DNA of 64,000 nt from Centroscyllium fabricii. Lineage: Eukaryota. Positions 35,140 to 49,344 of the stretch are shown here, one piece after another; position 1 is the stretch's first letter; each line of letters starts with the position of its first letter. Position numbers and translations under genes: made by a program. The stretch is from NCBI GenBank assembly GCA_051313645.2, contig JBNRSN020000001.1, positions 80,166,001 through 80,230,000 on the forward strand, read 5' to 3'. The notes beneath the pieces were generated by a model that ran no database searches, was not told where the DNA came from, and worked only from the letters and a program-made list of their open reading frames with translations.

Positions 35140-38100
35140 ATGGCAAGAGCAAGGAACCAAGCTCCACGAACCCAAGGACTTGGCCAGAACTTCGGGCACA
35201 GACTAACTCTACCGGAGTTCTGGGAGCAACGGCCAGCGGCCTGGTTCATGTGCATCAAAACCAGCTGCCGCACACATGGCATCCAGGGGGACGACCGCTA
35301 CGACCTGGTGTTCTCAGCCCTACCGCAATCGACGATCGATCGGATGTGGTCAAAAATACAGCGTGTGCCCACTACAGGCAGGTACGAATCCCTTAAGGCC
35401 GTGCTCATAATTTTTTTTACCCCCTCTCAATTCGAGCGCGACTGCCAGCTCCTTGACCTCCCCGAACTCGGGGACGCAGACCCATCGGACCTTTTAGGTC
35501 AGATGCAAGCGCTCACCGCCAATCCCGCCTCCCTGTTCCGCACCATTTTCCTCCTCAAACTAACCCGCTCCATCAGGCCGGCCTTGGCGGCCCTCGGCCA
35601 GCGGAGCGACGACGAGCTCGCTGAGGAGGCCGACAGGCTCATGGAGGCAGAGCGCACCCGCTCAACCACGTGCGACCCTAACTCCGCATCTATAGAGCGC
35701 AACCAATCGCCCCCCAGGCCTAACTTCATGCCTGAACCTAGGGCCCCGCACCCACCCAGGCAACCGCGTCCCTCTAACACCGGCTGGTGCTACTACCACA
35801 CGCGGTACGATAGTAAAGCGCACCGCTGCGTCCAGCCATGCGCATTTAAGCTACGGCCCACCTCAGCCCCCACTATGTCTGTAGGACACACAGGAGCACT
35901 GCTCTTTGTTACAGACAGCAGCACAGGCCTCCAATTTCTCTGCGACACAGGCGCACAGCACAGCATCGTGCCAGCCTCCCCTGCAGAAACCAAACAAGGC
36001 ACCCGGGGCCCGCCACTCGCAGCGGCCAACGGCTCCAACATCAAAACGTACGGCACCCGCAAGCTCACGATTACGCTTGCAAGCCACACGTACACCTGGG
36101 ACTTTGTCACAGCCCAGGTCACTTCACCCCTCCTCGGAGCAGATTTCCTCTGCGCCTACGGCCTGCTGGTCGATATGACCCGGCGCCGCTTGGTTAACAT
36201 GAATAACAGGTCGACCATCCCATGCTTCACAGGGCCCGCACTCCCGGTCCACGCGGCCGCCCAATGCCGCTCTCGGAACTCCGATGCCTACGGCACACTC
36301 CTAGCAGAGTTCCCCGCCCTAACCAACCCCACGTTCACCGCCCGCTGGGCCAAACACGGGGTAGAGCATTTTATAACTACCACAGGCCCTCCTGTCCATG
36401 CCCATGCCCGCAGGCTCGACCCGGCCAAACAGGAGATCGCGCGCACCGAGTTCCGCACCATGGAGCAACTCGGTATAATCCGCCGCTCCAACAGCCCCTG
36501 GGCCTCTCCTCTCCACATAGCCCCCAAGCCGGGCGGGGGTTGGCGCCCCTGCGGCGACTACCGCCGCCTAAACAACGCCACTACCCCGGATAGGTACCCC
36601 GTACCCCACATCCAGGATTTTTCCGCCAGACTAGCGGGCTGCACGATCTTCTCCAAGATCGACCTGATGCGTGGCTACCACCAGGTTCCGGTGCACCCGG
36701 CGGACATTCCTAAAACGGCCGTTATCACTCCCTTTGGACTCTTCGAGTTTCTCAGGATGCCCTTTGGCCTTAAAAACGCGGCCCAGGCCTTCCAGCGCCT
36801 CATGGACTCGGTCCTACGGGACTTGAAGTTCATTTTCGTCTACTTAGATGACATCCTCGTGGCCAGCACCTCCCCCCAAGAACACCTCCTGCACCTCAGG
36901 ACCCTGTTCCAGCGCCTGGTCGAACACGGCCTAATATTAAGCCCTACCAAGTGTAAATTCGGCCTCCAAACCATTGATTTTCTCGGCCACCGCATTTCCC
37001 AAACCGGGGCCATACCCCTGCCCTCCAAGGTGCAGGCGGTCCAGGAATTTCCCCGCCCGCACTCCATTAAAGGGCTGCAGGAATTTCTGGGGATGGTCAA
37101 TTTTTATAACCGCTTTATCCCGGGAGCAGCCGCTCTCATGGCCCCCTTATACCAGGCCACTCGCGGGCAGTCTAACAAGGCTGCGGTCGAGTGGACGGCC
37201 GACGCCGCCACCGCCTTCACCGCAACTAAAACAGCCCTAGCTAACGCCACCCTCCTAGCCCACCCTAGGCCCAACGCCAGAGTAGCCCTCACCACCGACG
37301 CCTCCGACCACGCGGTCAGGGCCGTATTTGAGCAGTGGACCGGCAACTCGTGGCAGCCCCTGGCCTTTTTCAGCCGGCAACTCCGGCCCCCAGAGGTCAA
37401 GTACAGTGCCTTCGATAGGGAGCTAATCACTCTCCATCTGGCAGTGCGACATTTTCGCTTCCTCCTGGAGGGCCGCCACTTCACAGCCTTCGTCGACCAT
37501 AAGCCACTCACCTTCGCGATGGCTAAGGTTGCCGAACCCTGGTCGGCCAGGCAGCAGTGCCAACTCGCGGCCGTGTCGGAATTTACGACCGACATTCAGC
37601 ATATCTCCGGCCGCGACAACGTGGTCGCTGACTGCCTCTCACGCCCCACCATTAACGCCGCCCAAATGGCGGTCGATTACGCCCAGCTGGCCGCTGACCA
37701 GCTGGCCGACCCCGACCTGCTCAACTCAGCAGCAAATCTCCCCGGCCTCCACTTGGCCAATATCGCACACGGCCCCGCTGCCACCGTTGTCTGCTGCGAC
37801 GTGTCCCTGCCGCAGCCCAGGCCCGTTGACCCCACGCTTGGAGGCGACACATTTTCAAGACCCTCCATGACCTGTCCCACCCCGGCACCCGCGCGTCCAT
37901 TAAACTTATCTCGGCCCGGTTCATATGGCGCGGCCTGCGCAAAGACGTCAGCGCCTGGGCCAACTCCTGCATTGCCTGCCAGCGCTCCAAAGTGCATAAG
38001 CACATCAGGGCACCGCTGGAAACATTTAAAGTGCCGGCCAGACGCTTTGACCACGTCCACATTGATCTCGTCGGGCCACTACCGCCATCCCGGGGCCACA

Positions 38101-38966
38101 CGCACGTAATGACCATGGTCGACCGCAACACTCGCTGGCCAGAAGCAGTCCCCCTCACTGCCACCGGCACCACGGACTTGGCCAGGGCGTTCATCGCCAC
38201 CTGGGTCGCCCGCTTCGGCGTGCCCACCGACATCACCTCCGACAGAGGACCCCAGTTCACGTCAGCACTATGGGCGGCCATCGCCCCCGACCTCGGGGTA
38301 ACCCTACATCGAACCACCGCATACCACCCACAAACTAACGGGCTCTGCGAACGGTTCCACCGCTCAATGAAGGCATCACTGCGAGCCACCCTCAAGGACA
38401 CGTCTTGGACCGACCGTCTCCCATGGGTTCTCCTCGGGCTGCGCTCGGCAGTTAAAGAGGACCTAAATGCCTCGGCAGCAGAACTCGTCTACGGCCAAGC
38501 CCTAACAGTGCCGGGCGAATTTTTAGCAGAACCAAACGCTCCCTGGTCAGCCGACCAGTACCTAAAAGACTTTGCCAACCCGGCACGAGCTTTCCAGCCA
38601 CTACCAGTGGCCCGGCATGGAGAGCCGGCAGCACGAGTGCCGGACGGCATCAAAAAGGCAAAATTCGTGTTCGTCCAGCGTGACGGACACCGATCTCCAC
38701 TACAGCCACCATACGATGGCCCCTATAGAGTGCTTCGGGCGGGAGCTAAAGCTTTCCAGCTTCAAATGGGCAACAGGACAGAAACTGTTACAATAGACCG
38801 GCTCAAGCCGGCACACGTTATAGCGGGCGAGACGACTGTCCCCGCACAACCACCGCAACGCGGACGCCCTCCCGCAACAACACCCGCCCACACTCTACCG
38901 CAGAACCACAAGCAACACACAACACGGGCCGGCCGCATCATCCGGCCACCCCAACGGCTCACATAG
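35140..38966 (+). pseudogene. Gag-Pol polyprotein with one 1-nt frameshift near 37830
   Basis: LPEFW...WF gag start, CYYH-X9-C-X3-C, FLCDTGA, RMPFGL, YLDD, TTDASD, DLVGPLP/SDRG/ERFH and YDGPY. The frameshift splits PVVPHAWRR, which is intact in the 62498..63934 copy. Confidence 0.93.
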
Positions 38967-39579
38967 ACTCTTTTTCTATTCCTCCCGGACGGATTCTGGG
39001 GGGGAGCTGTGTGGCGGCACGCCCACTGGGACACCGAATCCGCCACGGGAACTCCGTGGAGCAGAGCCCCGCTCATCCGAGTGACGCGACGACGTCACCA
39101 CGTCTGCCTGCGTGATGACGTCACCAACGGCGGGCAGTTTAAATAAGCTTGTTGCGAGTGGTTCACTCTCTTTCCTGTTTAACTCTTATGCATTAAACAA
39201 GTGTTTTCTCTAGCTCTCTGGCTCACGCGTGGTTTCTAGGCCTTGCTGGCGCTACAACCTGTCTTTAAAGTTAACAACAATTAAAAACCTGAAAAAACAA
39301 CACTTAAAATCAATAAAATACACACTTACCAGATAAAAACGGGTACTTACGACTCCTTTTTTCCAGCGTACAATCTTCTGCTCTTGGTCCATAGAAAAGC
39401 TTTAAAAAAAAGGAATGACTGAACGCACCCCGTAGTTCGATGATTCCTGCGAGAGCCATCGCAGGAACTCTGCCCCCCCTGCTGGCCGCCACAGGAAAGA
39501 CTGAAGCAGCACCTGAGCTCAAACGTGATATGGGCAGACTGCAATTTCTGGCCCAATATGTTCTTATGTTCAGTTAAGT

Positions 39580-39985
39580 GGCGAGACTGGAGAGGCTGGG
39601 GTTGTTCTCCTTCGAGCAGAGAAGGTTCAGGGGAGATTTGATGAGGTGTTAAAAATTAGAAAGGGTTTTGATAGAGTAAATAAGGAGAAACAGTTTCCAG
39701 CAGCAGGAGGGTGGGTAACCAGAGGACACAGATTTAAGATAAGTGGCCAAAGAGCTGATAGGAGATTAAGCAAATTTTCTTTATGCAGCGAGTTATGATC
39801 TGGAATGCGCTGCCTGAAAGGGCGGTGGAAGCAGATTCAACAGTAACTTTCAAAAGGGAATTGGATAAAAACTGGAAAAGGAGAAATTTGCCGGGCTGTG
39901 GGGAAAGAGCGGGGGGAGTGGGACTAATTGGAGAGAATCTTTCAAAGAGCCGGCACAGGCACCATGGGCCGAATGGCCTCCTCCT
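39580..39985 (+). mobile_element. CR1/HER1 3' fragment
   Basis: QRVMIWNALPERAVEADS plus tail. Confidence 0.85.
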
Positions 39986-41354
39986 GTGCTGCGTGGTTCT
40001 ATGAAAATATGAAAGGTTCTTTAGGGGAAGCATGGTCCTCCATTTCAGATTGTTCTTCCCGCACTCTGCCCAGGCAATGCGTAACACTCAATGAGTAATG
40101 ACGGAAATCCGCCCCCAGCTGATCATGACACCATGACATTTTAACATTGCAAGCATGTTTTTGGCAACTTTTGATCTCAGCCCTTTGCACATTGATGGGC
40201 ACAGTTGGAAATATCCGTCAATAACTTTCAGTCGAAGTCATCTTCTTTTAAATGCAAACTTGCTTGAAATCCTTCATATCGCGTTGCAGCAAAGGCTAGT
40301 TTCCTCACTCTTTGATAAACTAAAAACAGACAAAGCAGATGATGAAATTTAATACAGAATCTCAAGTATGTTATGGAATTAGTCATTCAGAATTGAGGAC
40401 GTTACAAGCAATGTGAAACGTATATTGTTCTTGGGAATGCCATCTTACTTGGAATTGTTACTATATCATGTAATTGGACAGAAATATAACTGTTGGCACC
40501 TGTATGAATGTGTAATTATTCCATCAATATGCATTGACAGCGGTAATTTTTTCCATTCAGTTTAGCTCTTCTCTGAGCTATCTGAAGCATTTATTCCTGT
40601 TAACTTTAGTGTGATGGCACAGATCTATTGTTTTGTAACCTCCTCATGAGCTGTGTAGATCTTGATAAGTGAGATACACCAGGATATTGTAATGCGAGTA
40701 TTATACTTGGCCCTGATGCATTTGTAAAAAGGAAATATATATTTATAAATATACTAGTCACCGGCTCAGAGGCAAGGGTTCCATCTTAGAGCTTGCAGTG
40801 TAGCTGGGTTCCATCCCTGGGTTGTAGTGCCAGATGATTATGCGGTGTAATTTAGTTTTGGAGATAACGCCTCCAGAAGCCGACAGGTTCACGGCAGTGT
40901 TAAGGTTTTCCTGCCCAGCTGTGCTCACCCACTTCAGCACTAAGCACATCATGATTATGGGCTGCAGGATCAAAACCCCTTGTAATTGTTCAGGCTTCAA
41001 GAAATGATCCTATGAGGGAATCAAAATGTAAAGTAGGGTTATTTATAGTTCCAAGCCATGTGACATCTCCCTCCTTTGGACTTAGATTTCTGACTTAGAT
41101 TCGCCATCTTTCAATCAACATTATCATTAAAAGGGGAAATGTTCTGTTGCCAAGATAGTTCAGCAATCAGACAATTATTGCGAAGATGGGTTTCATATAT
41201 TTCAGAATCAAATTGCATTTTGATTGAAGTTTTCAGGATATTAAGGGGAACGGATATGGTAGATCGAGAGAAACTATTTCCGTTGGTTGGGGATTCTAGG
41301 ACTAGGAGGGCAGAGTCTAAAAATTAGAGCCAGACCTTTCAGGAATGAAAATAG

Positions 41355-42155
41355 GGGGAGGATTTTGCCGGAAGGGCGGGAACCTGGCGGGGATTGGTCT
41401 GGGCGGCTTCCGGTCCCACCCACCCAAACAGCTGGGAAGCCCACGCAATTTTAGTTTAATGAGGTTGTTAACTCCCCGTCGGCGGCAGCGGGAGGTAATT
41501 AGGTCAATCGAGTCGGGCTGCAGCGGAGCTGCAAGCACTTTGATTGACAGTTCCAGCACTGGTTGTTGTCAGTTCCCATGGAAACACTCCACTGTGACAT
41601 CACAGTGGAGTGGAGCCAATGGGAAAGGCCAAGTGCTGGTGACTGACAGGTGGGCGGGCGGGCTCAGAATCCCTCACAGCTCGCAGCGGCTGTGAGGAAA
41701 TGTTCAGAACTGAGATTTCTCAGTTTCTGCTAACAGCTGCTGGTGCAGCCAGAACGGAGTTACTTACTCCTCTAAGGTGCTGGAGGCATGCCAAGCATTT
41801 GGCAGCATGTCCTTCACACCTTGAAGGAGAAAGTAATACATTCAGGAACTCACACAACACCAGGTTATAGTCCAACAGTAATAACCAGCGCTGTGCTCCC
41901 GTGGGGTTAGGGCGGCAAACAGGGCAAAATGGCTGAGGGCCCTTAAAATGGCATTAAAGATGCCAATTAAGGGCCCTTAATAAGGTGACAACCCATCCCC
42001 GCCGGCCGGCGGCGGGAAGGTTTCGGGGCGGGCGAAAATGAGAAAGCGGCGGGGATACGGCGGGGGAGGGGGGTGGCGCGGGACCTGCCGGTTACGCTAT
42101 TTTGCCGGCCAGGCCGCCGAAAACCCCGCCTCACGGAGACATGAAAATCCCCCCC
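41355..42155. mobile_element. Harbinger-like MITE inserted in a CR1 fragment (41220-42390), TAG TSD
   Basis: GGGGAGGATTTT and AAAATCCCCCCC ends. Removing the element restores the CR1 sequence GAAAATAGGAAACACTTCTAC. Confidence 0.75.
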
Positions 42156-43013
42156 TAGGAAACACTTCTACACACAAAGTTTGGAACTCTTTTCCGCAAA
42201 CGGCATTTGATGCTGGATCAATTGTTAATTTTAAATCTGAGATTGATAGATTTTTGTTAACCAAAAGGTATTAAGGGATATGGAGCCAATGGCGGGTAGA
42301 TGGAGTTTGGCCGCAGATCAGCCCTGATCTCATTTAATGGTGGGACAGGCTCGAGGGGCTGAATGGCCTCCTCCTGTTCCTATGTTCCTATAATTTGTCA
42401 AGATTCACCATCAGGAACACAAGTTGATGCTTCAAGGATTACCTTCGCTCCAGGATTATTTTATCCTCCAGAAAACTATTTAATGTTCTGGACTTTTTTA
42501 AGTATTTTTAAAGAATTGTCCATTAAACCCAAATGCCTACCTTATGCCTGGGGCTTATAAAAGAGTCACAGATACACTTATGTTATCATTAAACAAGAAG
42601 CAAACTATGCTGTATTAATCAAAGTTGACATTTTTAGCGATAATGTTATTGTAGTTTGAACATGATTAAGTAGAACAGATATGATGGTGAGTTGTAGCAA
42701 AGCATTCTTCATTCGGTGATTTGAATACCTATCTATATCATTCCAATTTGTAGTGTTCATTTATTCAGTTCCAGGGGTTGAAGAATTCATCCATGAATCC
42801 ACATTCCTGAGTAGATGCAGATAGCAAAGGTCAAAGATCAAGAAATTTAGTAACAAATGACTGGTTCACAATTCTAATATCTCAGAATCGCACAGCACAG
42901 GAGGAGGCCATTCGGCCCATCGTGCCTGTGCCGGCTCTTTGAAAGATTCTCTCCAATTAGTCCCACTCCCCCCTGCTCTTTCCCCAGAGCCCGGCAAATG
43001 TTTCCTTTTCAAT

Positions 43014-43770
43014 GGCCCAAAAATTAGGATTGGAGGCTTGGTGCGAGTGCCGGCCTCCAAAGTGCACTTACGGAGTTCACAGGCCTTTCTGAATTTTACT
43101 TACCTGAAATCCCAATCCTCTGGCCTGCTGAGAGGCCGGCGCGCCGCGCTGGGGCTAATGAAAGGCGAAGATAGTGGGAAGCTTCCCGCAGGATCACGTG
43201 GTCCGTGGGGAGCCAATTACTGCAAAGAATGCTCCATTCATAAGTTTGACAGACAAGTTATGGAAAGCTAGACCCCCAAAAATACACTAAACCTTAAAAT
43301 AAATTTTAAAAAACATCACATTTTTTTAAATGACTATCACTAACATAAATTAGCTATTTTAAACAAAAAATAAACATTTTGAAAAAATATTTAACGTTTT
43401 TAACGGGCCTAAAAATAAACTTACCTGTCTTTAAAGTTTAAAAAAATGAAAAACCTGTGGAAAAAAAATGCTTAAATTGAATAAAATAAAGACTTACCTG
43501 ATTAAATCGATTCCTTGCGCTTGAAAAAAGGAGCTGTAAATGTTTCAAGACTTACACTGATAAAAATCTTTGAAAAAAAAAATCGCAATTTCACGGCGCA
43601 CCTCCTGGTGCGCAGGCCAACGCGCTGAGGCTGTCGAACCCCACAGACACTTCACCGGAATTTCCGGTTTCCCGCGCATGCGCGGGGTATGCTGTTTACC
43701 AGCACTTCGGAGGGCCGCACGCGTGAGTACCCGGTCTGTACTCACGCGTTACAGCCCTAATTTCTGGGCC
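43014..43770. mobile_element. Harbinger-like MITE inserted in a minus-strand CR1 fragment (42885-43990)
   Basis: TIRs GGCCCAAAAATTAGG and CCTAATTTCTGGGCC, flanks AAT/AGT, AT-rich core shared with 19411-20159. Confidence 0.78.
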
Positions 43771-45769
43771 AGTATTTATCCAATTCCCCTTTCGAAAGTT
43801 AATATTGAATCTGCTTCCCCCGCCCTTCAGGCAGCGCGTTCCAGATCACAACAACTCGCTGCGTAAAAAAAAATCTTCTCATCTCCCCTCTGGTTCTTTT
43901 GCCGATTAGCTTCAATCTGTGTCCTCTGGTTACCCACCCTCCTGCCACTGGAAACAGTTTCACCATATTTACTCCATGAAAGCCTTTCATATAGTAAAAT
44001 CAGAAATAGAACTATAATTTAAACATGCAACTTGTAAATTAATTTTATTAATGAGAGACAGTTATGCAAACATTTGGTGAATTTCTAATCCTTTGTGATC
44101 CGGAGGTAGAGGAACCACAGCTTCACTACAGCGATGTTGGCTGCAGAAGCAATAAAATTACTTCTGGACTATTTCTCTGCCAGGTAAAGACAGATTTTTT
44201 TTAAAGCATGTAAACCTTTTTAATTAAGAGTAGCTTAAGGTTCATAATACCTAGCTACCGTTCTGGGATTTAACACAGGTAGACCGAAGGTGAGGGACAG
44301 TGACTGGTAGCTGTTCACCCTTCCCCGCTCAATCCCAGAGGAAAAAAACTTTGAGTTGCACAGTTAAATAAATTGACGATTTCTCAAATACATGGCAGTA
44401 CACTTATTCGTCTATAATTTGCTGGAGAACGGAATCTTGTGGCATGTCCTGTTATTTAGGCTTCTTCCCTCACCCTTCAGCTCAAAATTCTTTTTGCCCT
44501 GTATCTCGCTGGGAGTGTGAGCTGATAACGGGGCGGCGATGGCAATGGGGCATCTGGGACCCCGGTGAACGACAGGACCTGCAGTCTGTCTCCTTAACCC
44601 ATGGGATTAAAGGATTGAGAAAGAAACAGAGGAACGACAGAGAAGGAAATCGGGTGAATTTGAGTCAAATCAGGTACAGAGAGAAAAAGGAAAGAAAGAG
44701 AGGGAAAGAAAGATTGGATAAAGAGAGAGAAAGAAAAGACAGAAAGTAAAAGTAAAAAAAAAAAATTAAGTTTAAAATTTTAATTATCTCTAAGAATAAT
44801 TTACTACCTGCAGGAATGAGATTCCACAATTTCAATTGTTCCCTTTCTGGGCCTGAGAAGTTGAGTGGCATCGCAGGAACATAAATCTCCTCACTAAAAG
44901 GGTCCTTACGCTGTTAAGTACCAGCCCTGATTTCCTGCGGTGAGTTTAACGGGTAATTAATGCGCAAATGCAGCAGTTTCCTGAAACTCGCGGGGAGGTT
45001 GAGGGCAAGCTGCAATTTTCGCGAGGCTAATGGGCGGAGCAGCGCAAATCGTCCGGCAACTCGTGGCAATTTGCAAATCACGGAGGAATCTCTCCCTCGT
45101 CACAAGTTGCCGGACGATTCGTTCGTCAATAACGGCGAGTGCCATTAAACCCACCGCTCTTCTGGCAGCAGATTCTAGGCCATTGTTGCATCTAACATGG
45201 CACCAAAGTTGGAGACAAGGTGGGAGGAGCCAGGATCCCTCAGCTTAATCCAATTGCTCTGAAAAAAATATACGTTTTTTTAATGTAGCACAAGATGTGA
45301 ACAAGGTCAAATAATACTTTTAAAAAGGTAATTCTAATCTCGTTAATCTTTTAAAACTGTCCAATATGAACAGTGGAACTGGTGCTGGGTTCGAGATTCG
45401 AGAAGCTGTGTGATGTGTCCTTTGATCAGATTTCTTCTCTTCCTCTGAATTCTTTAATTCTGATCTCTTCTTCTCTGTCCCTTTGGACATAAAATGTGTG
45501 ATATTAAAACCCAGTGATTCACTTTGATTGGAACGTCTTGCAGACTAGAAATTACTTTAATTAAAAATCTACCTTTTAGCCCGAGGAGCTACAGCCATTC
45601 CTGTGAAACTCCTTGAATGCCATTATAAGACATATTGGGGAAAAGGTAAAAATGGGGATGTTACAATTCTCAGGCTGCTTAGTTCTAAATGATAAGTTTG
45701 CAAGTAGGAATGATTGGTCAATAAAAAGATGTTTTGGGCTTTGAAAATCCACAGCCCTTCTGATGTGTT

Positions 45770-46315
45770 ATGCTAGACTTGTATGGAACCTTGGTTAGAC
45801 CACACTCGGAGTACTCTGCACACTTCTGGTCTCCGTGTTATATAAAAGGATGTAAAGGCACTGGAGAAGGTGCAAAAAAGATTTACAAGGATGATACCAG
45901 GACTGAGAGCTTGTAATTATCAGGAAAGACTGAACAGGCGGGGGCTCTTTTCTCTAGAAAAGAGAAGGCTGAGGGGGCGACCTGATCGAGGTCTTTAAAA
46001 TTATGAAGGGGTTCGCTAGGGTAGACGTAGAGAAGATGTTTCCACTTGTCGGGAGACAGGTGGGGAGACTGAAACTAGACATCATTTTAGGGGAATTTAT
46101 AATGGGGAACAAAGAAAAGGCTGACCAATGAAATACATACTTTGGTTCTGGCTTCACAAAGGAGGACACAAATAACCTTTTAGAGATGTCGGGGAACATA
46201 GGGTCTAATGAGAGTGAGGAAAATGAATGAAATCAGTATTTATAGGAAAATGGTATTAGGGAAATTGACGGGATTGAAGGCCGATAAATCCCCAGGGCCG
46301 GATAATCTACATCCT
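45770..46315 (+). mobile_element. Decayed CR1 ORF2 fragments
   Basis: LVRPH.EY and LKADKSPGPDNLHP-like readings. Confidence 0.75.
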
Positions 46316-47396
46316 AGAAACATAGAAACATAGAAGATAGGAGCAGGAGTAGGCCATTCGGCCCCTCGAGCCTGCTCCGCCATTCAATGCGATCATGGCT
46401 GATCATCCAAACTCAGTACCCTGTCCCTGCCTTCTCCCCACATCCCTTGAACCCTTTAGCCTTAAGAAATATATCCAACTCCTTCTTGAATATATTTAAT
46501 GAATTGGCCTCTACTGCCTTCTGTGGTAGAGAATTCCACTGGTTCACCACTCTCTGGGTGAAGAAATTCCTCCTCATCTCTGTTCTAAATGGCTTACCCC
46601 GTATCATTAGACTGTGACCCCTGGTTCTGGACTCCCCCACCATCTGGACCATCCTTCCTGCATCTAGTCTGTCCAGACATGTTAGAATTTTAAAGGTTTC
46701 GATGAGATCCCCTCTCATTCTTCTAAACTCCAATGAGTACAAGCCTAATCGACCCAATCGCTCCTCATACATCATTCCTGCCATCCCAGGTATCAGCCTG
46801 TTGAATCTTCGCTGCACTCCTTCCATGGCAAGAACATTCTTCCTTAGATAAGGTGACCAAAACTGTACACAATACTCAAGATGTGGTATAACTGCAGCAA
46901 GACATCCTTGTTCCTGTACTCAAACCCTCTCACTACGAAGGCCAACATACCATTTGCCTTCTTAACCGCCTGCTGCACCTGCATGCTTGCCTTCAGCGAC
47001 TGGTGCTCAAGGACACCCAGGTCTTGTTGCACTTCCCCTTCTCCTAATCTATTGCCATTCAGGTAATAATCTGCCTTCTTGTTTTTGACACCAAAGTAGA
47101 TAACCTTGCATTTATCCACATTATAGTGCATCTGCCATGCTTCTGCCCAATCACCCAACCTGTCCAAATCATACTGGAGTTTCTCAGCATCCTCCTCACA
47201 GCACACACGCCCACCCAGCTTTGTGTCGTCTGCAATCTTGGAGATATTACATCTAGTTCCCTCGTCTAGATCATTAATGTATATTGTGAATAGTTGGGGT
47301 CCAAGGACTGATCCCTGCAGTACCCCACTAGTCACTGCCTGCCACTCGGAAAAAGACCCGTTTATTCCAACTCTTTGCTTTCTGTCTGCCAACCAG
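46316..47396 (-). mobile_element. CR1 LINE, 5'-truncated
   Basis: ORFs 46844..47431 and 46413..46826 (QGSVLGP, ADDTKL, GEKAGTGY*), with the tail at 46316-46410. Confidence 0.93.
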
Positions 47397-47682
47397 TTCC
47401 CAGCACACACACCAGGTCCCAGCACACACACCAGGTCCTAGCACCCATACCAGGTCCCAGCACCCACACCAGGTCCCAGCACCCACACCAGGTCCCATCA
47501 CACACACCAGGTCCCATCACACACACCAGGTCCCATCACACACACCAGGTGCCAGCACACACACCAGGTCCCAGCACACACACACCAGCTCCCAGCACCC
47601 ACACCAGGTCCCAGCACCCTCACCAGGTCCCAGCACACATACCAGGTCCCAGCACACACACACCAGGTGCCAGCACACACAC
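47397..47682 (+). repeat. ~19-21-bp minisatellite (CCAGGTCCCAGCACACACA)n
   Basis: About 14 imperfect units abutting the CR1 5' truncation point. Confidence 0.92.
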
Positions 47683-48937
47683 CATGGAATTTCCACTCCA
47701 ACAACAACAACTTTTATTTATATTGCGCCTTTACCATAGTAACACGTCCCAAGGAGCTGCACAGGAGTATTTTAAGGGGAAAAAACCTTGACACCGATCC
47801 ACATGAGGATAGATTAGGACAGGTCACCAAAAGCTTGGGCAAAGAGGTCAGTATTAAGGAGCGTCTTAAAGGAGGAGAGAGAGGTAGCGAGGAGGAGTGG
47901 GTTAGACAGGGAATTCCAGAGCTTAGGGCCTTGTTGTTGACTGAAAGGGCGGTGGAAGCAGATTCAATAGTAACTTTCAAAAGGGAATTGGATAAATACT
48001 GGAAAAGGAGAAATGTGCCGGGCTGTGGGGAAAGAGCGGGGGGAGTGGGACTAATTGGAGAGAATCTTTCAAAGAGCCGGCACAGGCACGATGGGCCGAA
48101 TGGCCTCCTCCTGTGCTGTAGGATTGGTTCTGTGAATAGGAGGCCATTATTCCTCTTGTTGGGCAGGTTCCAGGGTAATTTTAATTTAAAACCCTCTTTT
48201 TATTCTGCGGTGGGGTTTATTTGATGTTGTAAAACTGTTTATCAAGCACTTTAAAAGACAGATAAATTAATTCGTTTGGAAGTTCTGTAACAAATAACAT
48301 ATAACTTTGTTCTTTTTGGAATTACAATTGCGTAGATTAAAACAATTTAGATTAGAGAACAGAGTTGAGCAATGATGTCAAATTTTGTCTGGTCCCCAAT
48401 TCTAATGCATTCATAAATTTATTGAATATAATAAGAATTGCACAGATAACCGGGCTTTACCTGTCCGGTTTATTTGTTGCATCAATATCTCTATCGTCAT
48501 TCTTACAACATTGATGCTTCTGACATCCTGCCTCCTATTCATAGAATCCTGCAGCACAGAAGGAGGCCATTCGGCCCATCGTGCCTGTGCCGGCTCTTTG
48601 AAAGATTCTCTCCAATTAGTCCCATTCCCCCTGCTCTTTCCCCAGAGCCCTGCACGTTTTTCTCTTCAAGTATTTCTCCAATTCCCTTTTGAAAGTTTCT
48701 ATTGAATCTGCTTCCCCCGCCCTTTCAGGCAGCGCATTCCAGATCACAACAACTCGCTGCGTAAAAACATTCTCCTCATCTCCCCTCTGGTTCTTTTGCC
48801 GATGATCTTCAATCTGTGTCCTCTGGTTACCGACCCTCCCGCCACTGGAAACAGTTTCTCCGCATTTACTCCATCAAAACCCCTCATGATTTTGAACACC
48901 TCTAGTAAATCTCCCCTTAACCTTCTCTGCTCTAACA

Positions 48938-49344
48938 AGAACATAGAAACATAGAAACATAGAAGATAGGAGCAGGAGTAGGCCATTAGGCCCTTTGAGC
49001 CTGCTCTGCCATTCAATGAGATCATGACTGATCATCCAAACCCAGTACCCTGTCCCTGCCCTCTCCCCACATCCCTCTCGAGCCTGCACCGACACATATC
49101 CCACCCAATCCCCGTAACCCCACATATTCAATCCCACTAACACAAAGGGTCAATTTATCATGGCCAATCAACCTAACCCGCACATCTTTGGACTGTGGGA
49201 GGAAACCGGAGCACCCGGAGGAAACCCACGCAGACACGGGGAGAATGTGCAAACTCCACACAGATAGTACCCGAGGCTGAATTTGAACCCGGGTCTCTAG
49301 TGCTGTGAGGCAACAGTGCTAACCACTATGCCACCGTGCCGCCC
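48938..49344 (-). mobile_element. Full-length HE1-type V-SINE nested in a CR1 fragment (48540-49450)
   Basis: Head GGGCGGCACGGTGGCATAGTGG at 49344, V-domain, and (TATGTTTC)n tail. Confidence 0.92.

Larger units (their letters stand above)
34802..39256 (+). mobile_element. Complete Ty3/Gypsy LTR retrotransposon, CsRn1-like clade
   Basis: 247-bp TG...CA LTRs (34802-35048 and 39010-39256), ACCT TSD, tRNA-Trp PBS, G-rich PPT, gag with CHCC motif, PR-RT-RH-IN order. Confidence 0.95.
34377..39554. mobile_element. Harbinger-like MITE interrupted by the Gypsy element
   Basis: TIRs GGCCCAGAAATTGC and GCAATTTCTGGCCC. It sits in a CR1 (TTATGTTC)n tail and is paralogous to 19411-20159. Confidence 0.75.
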
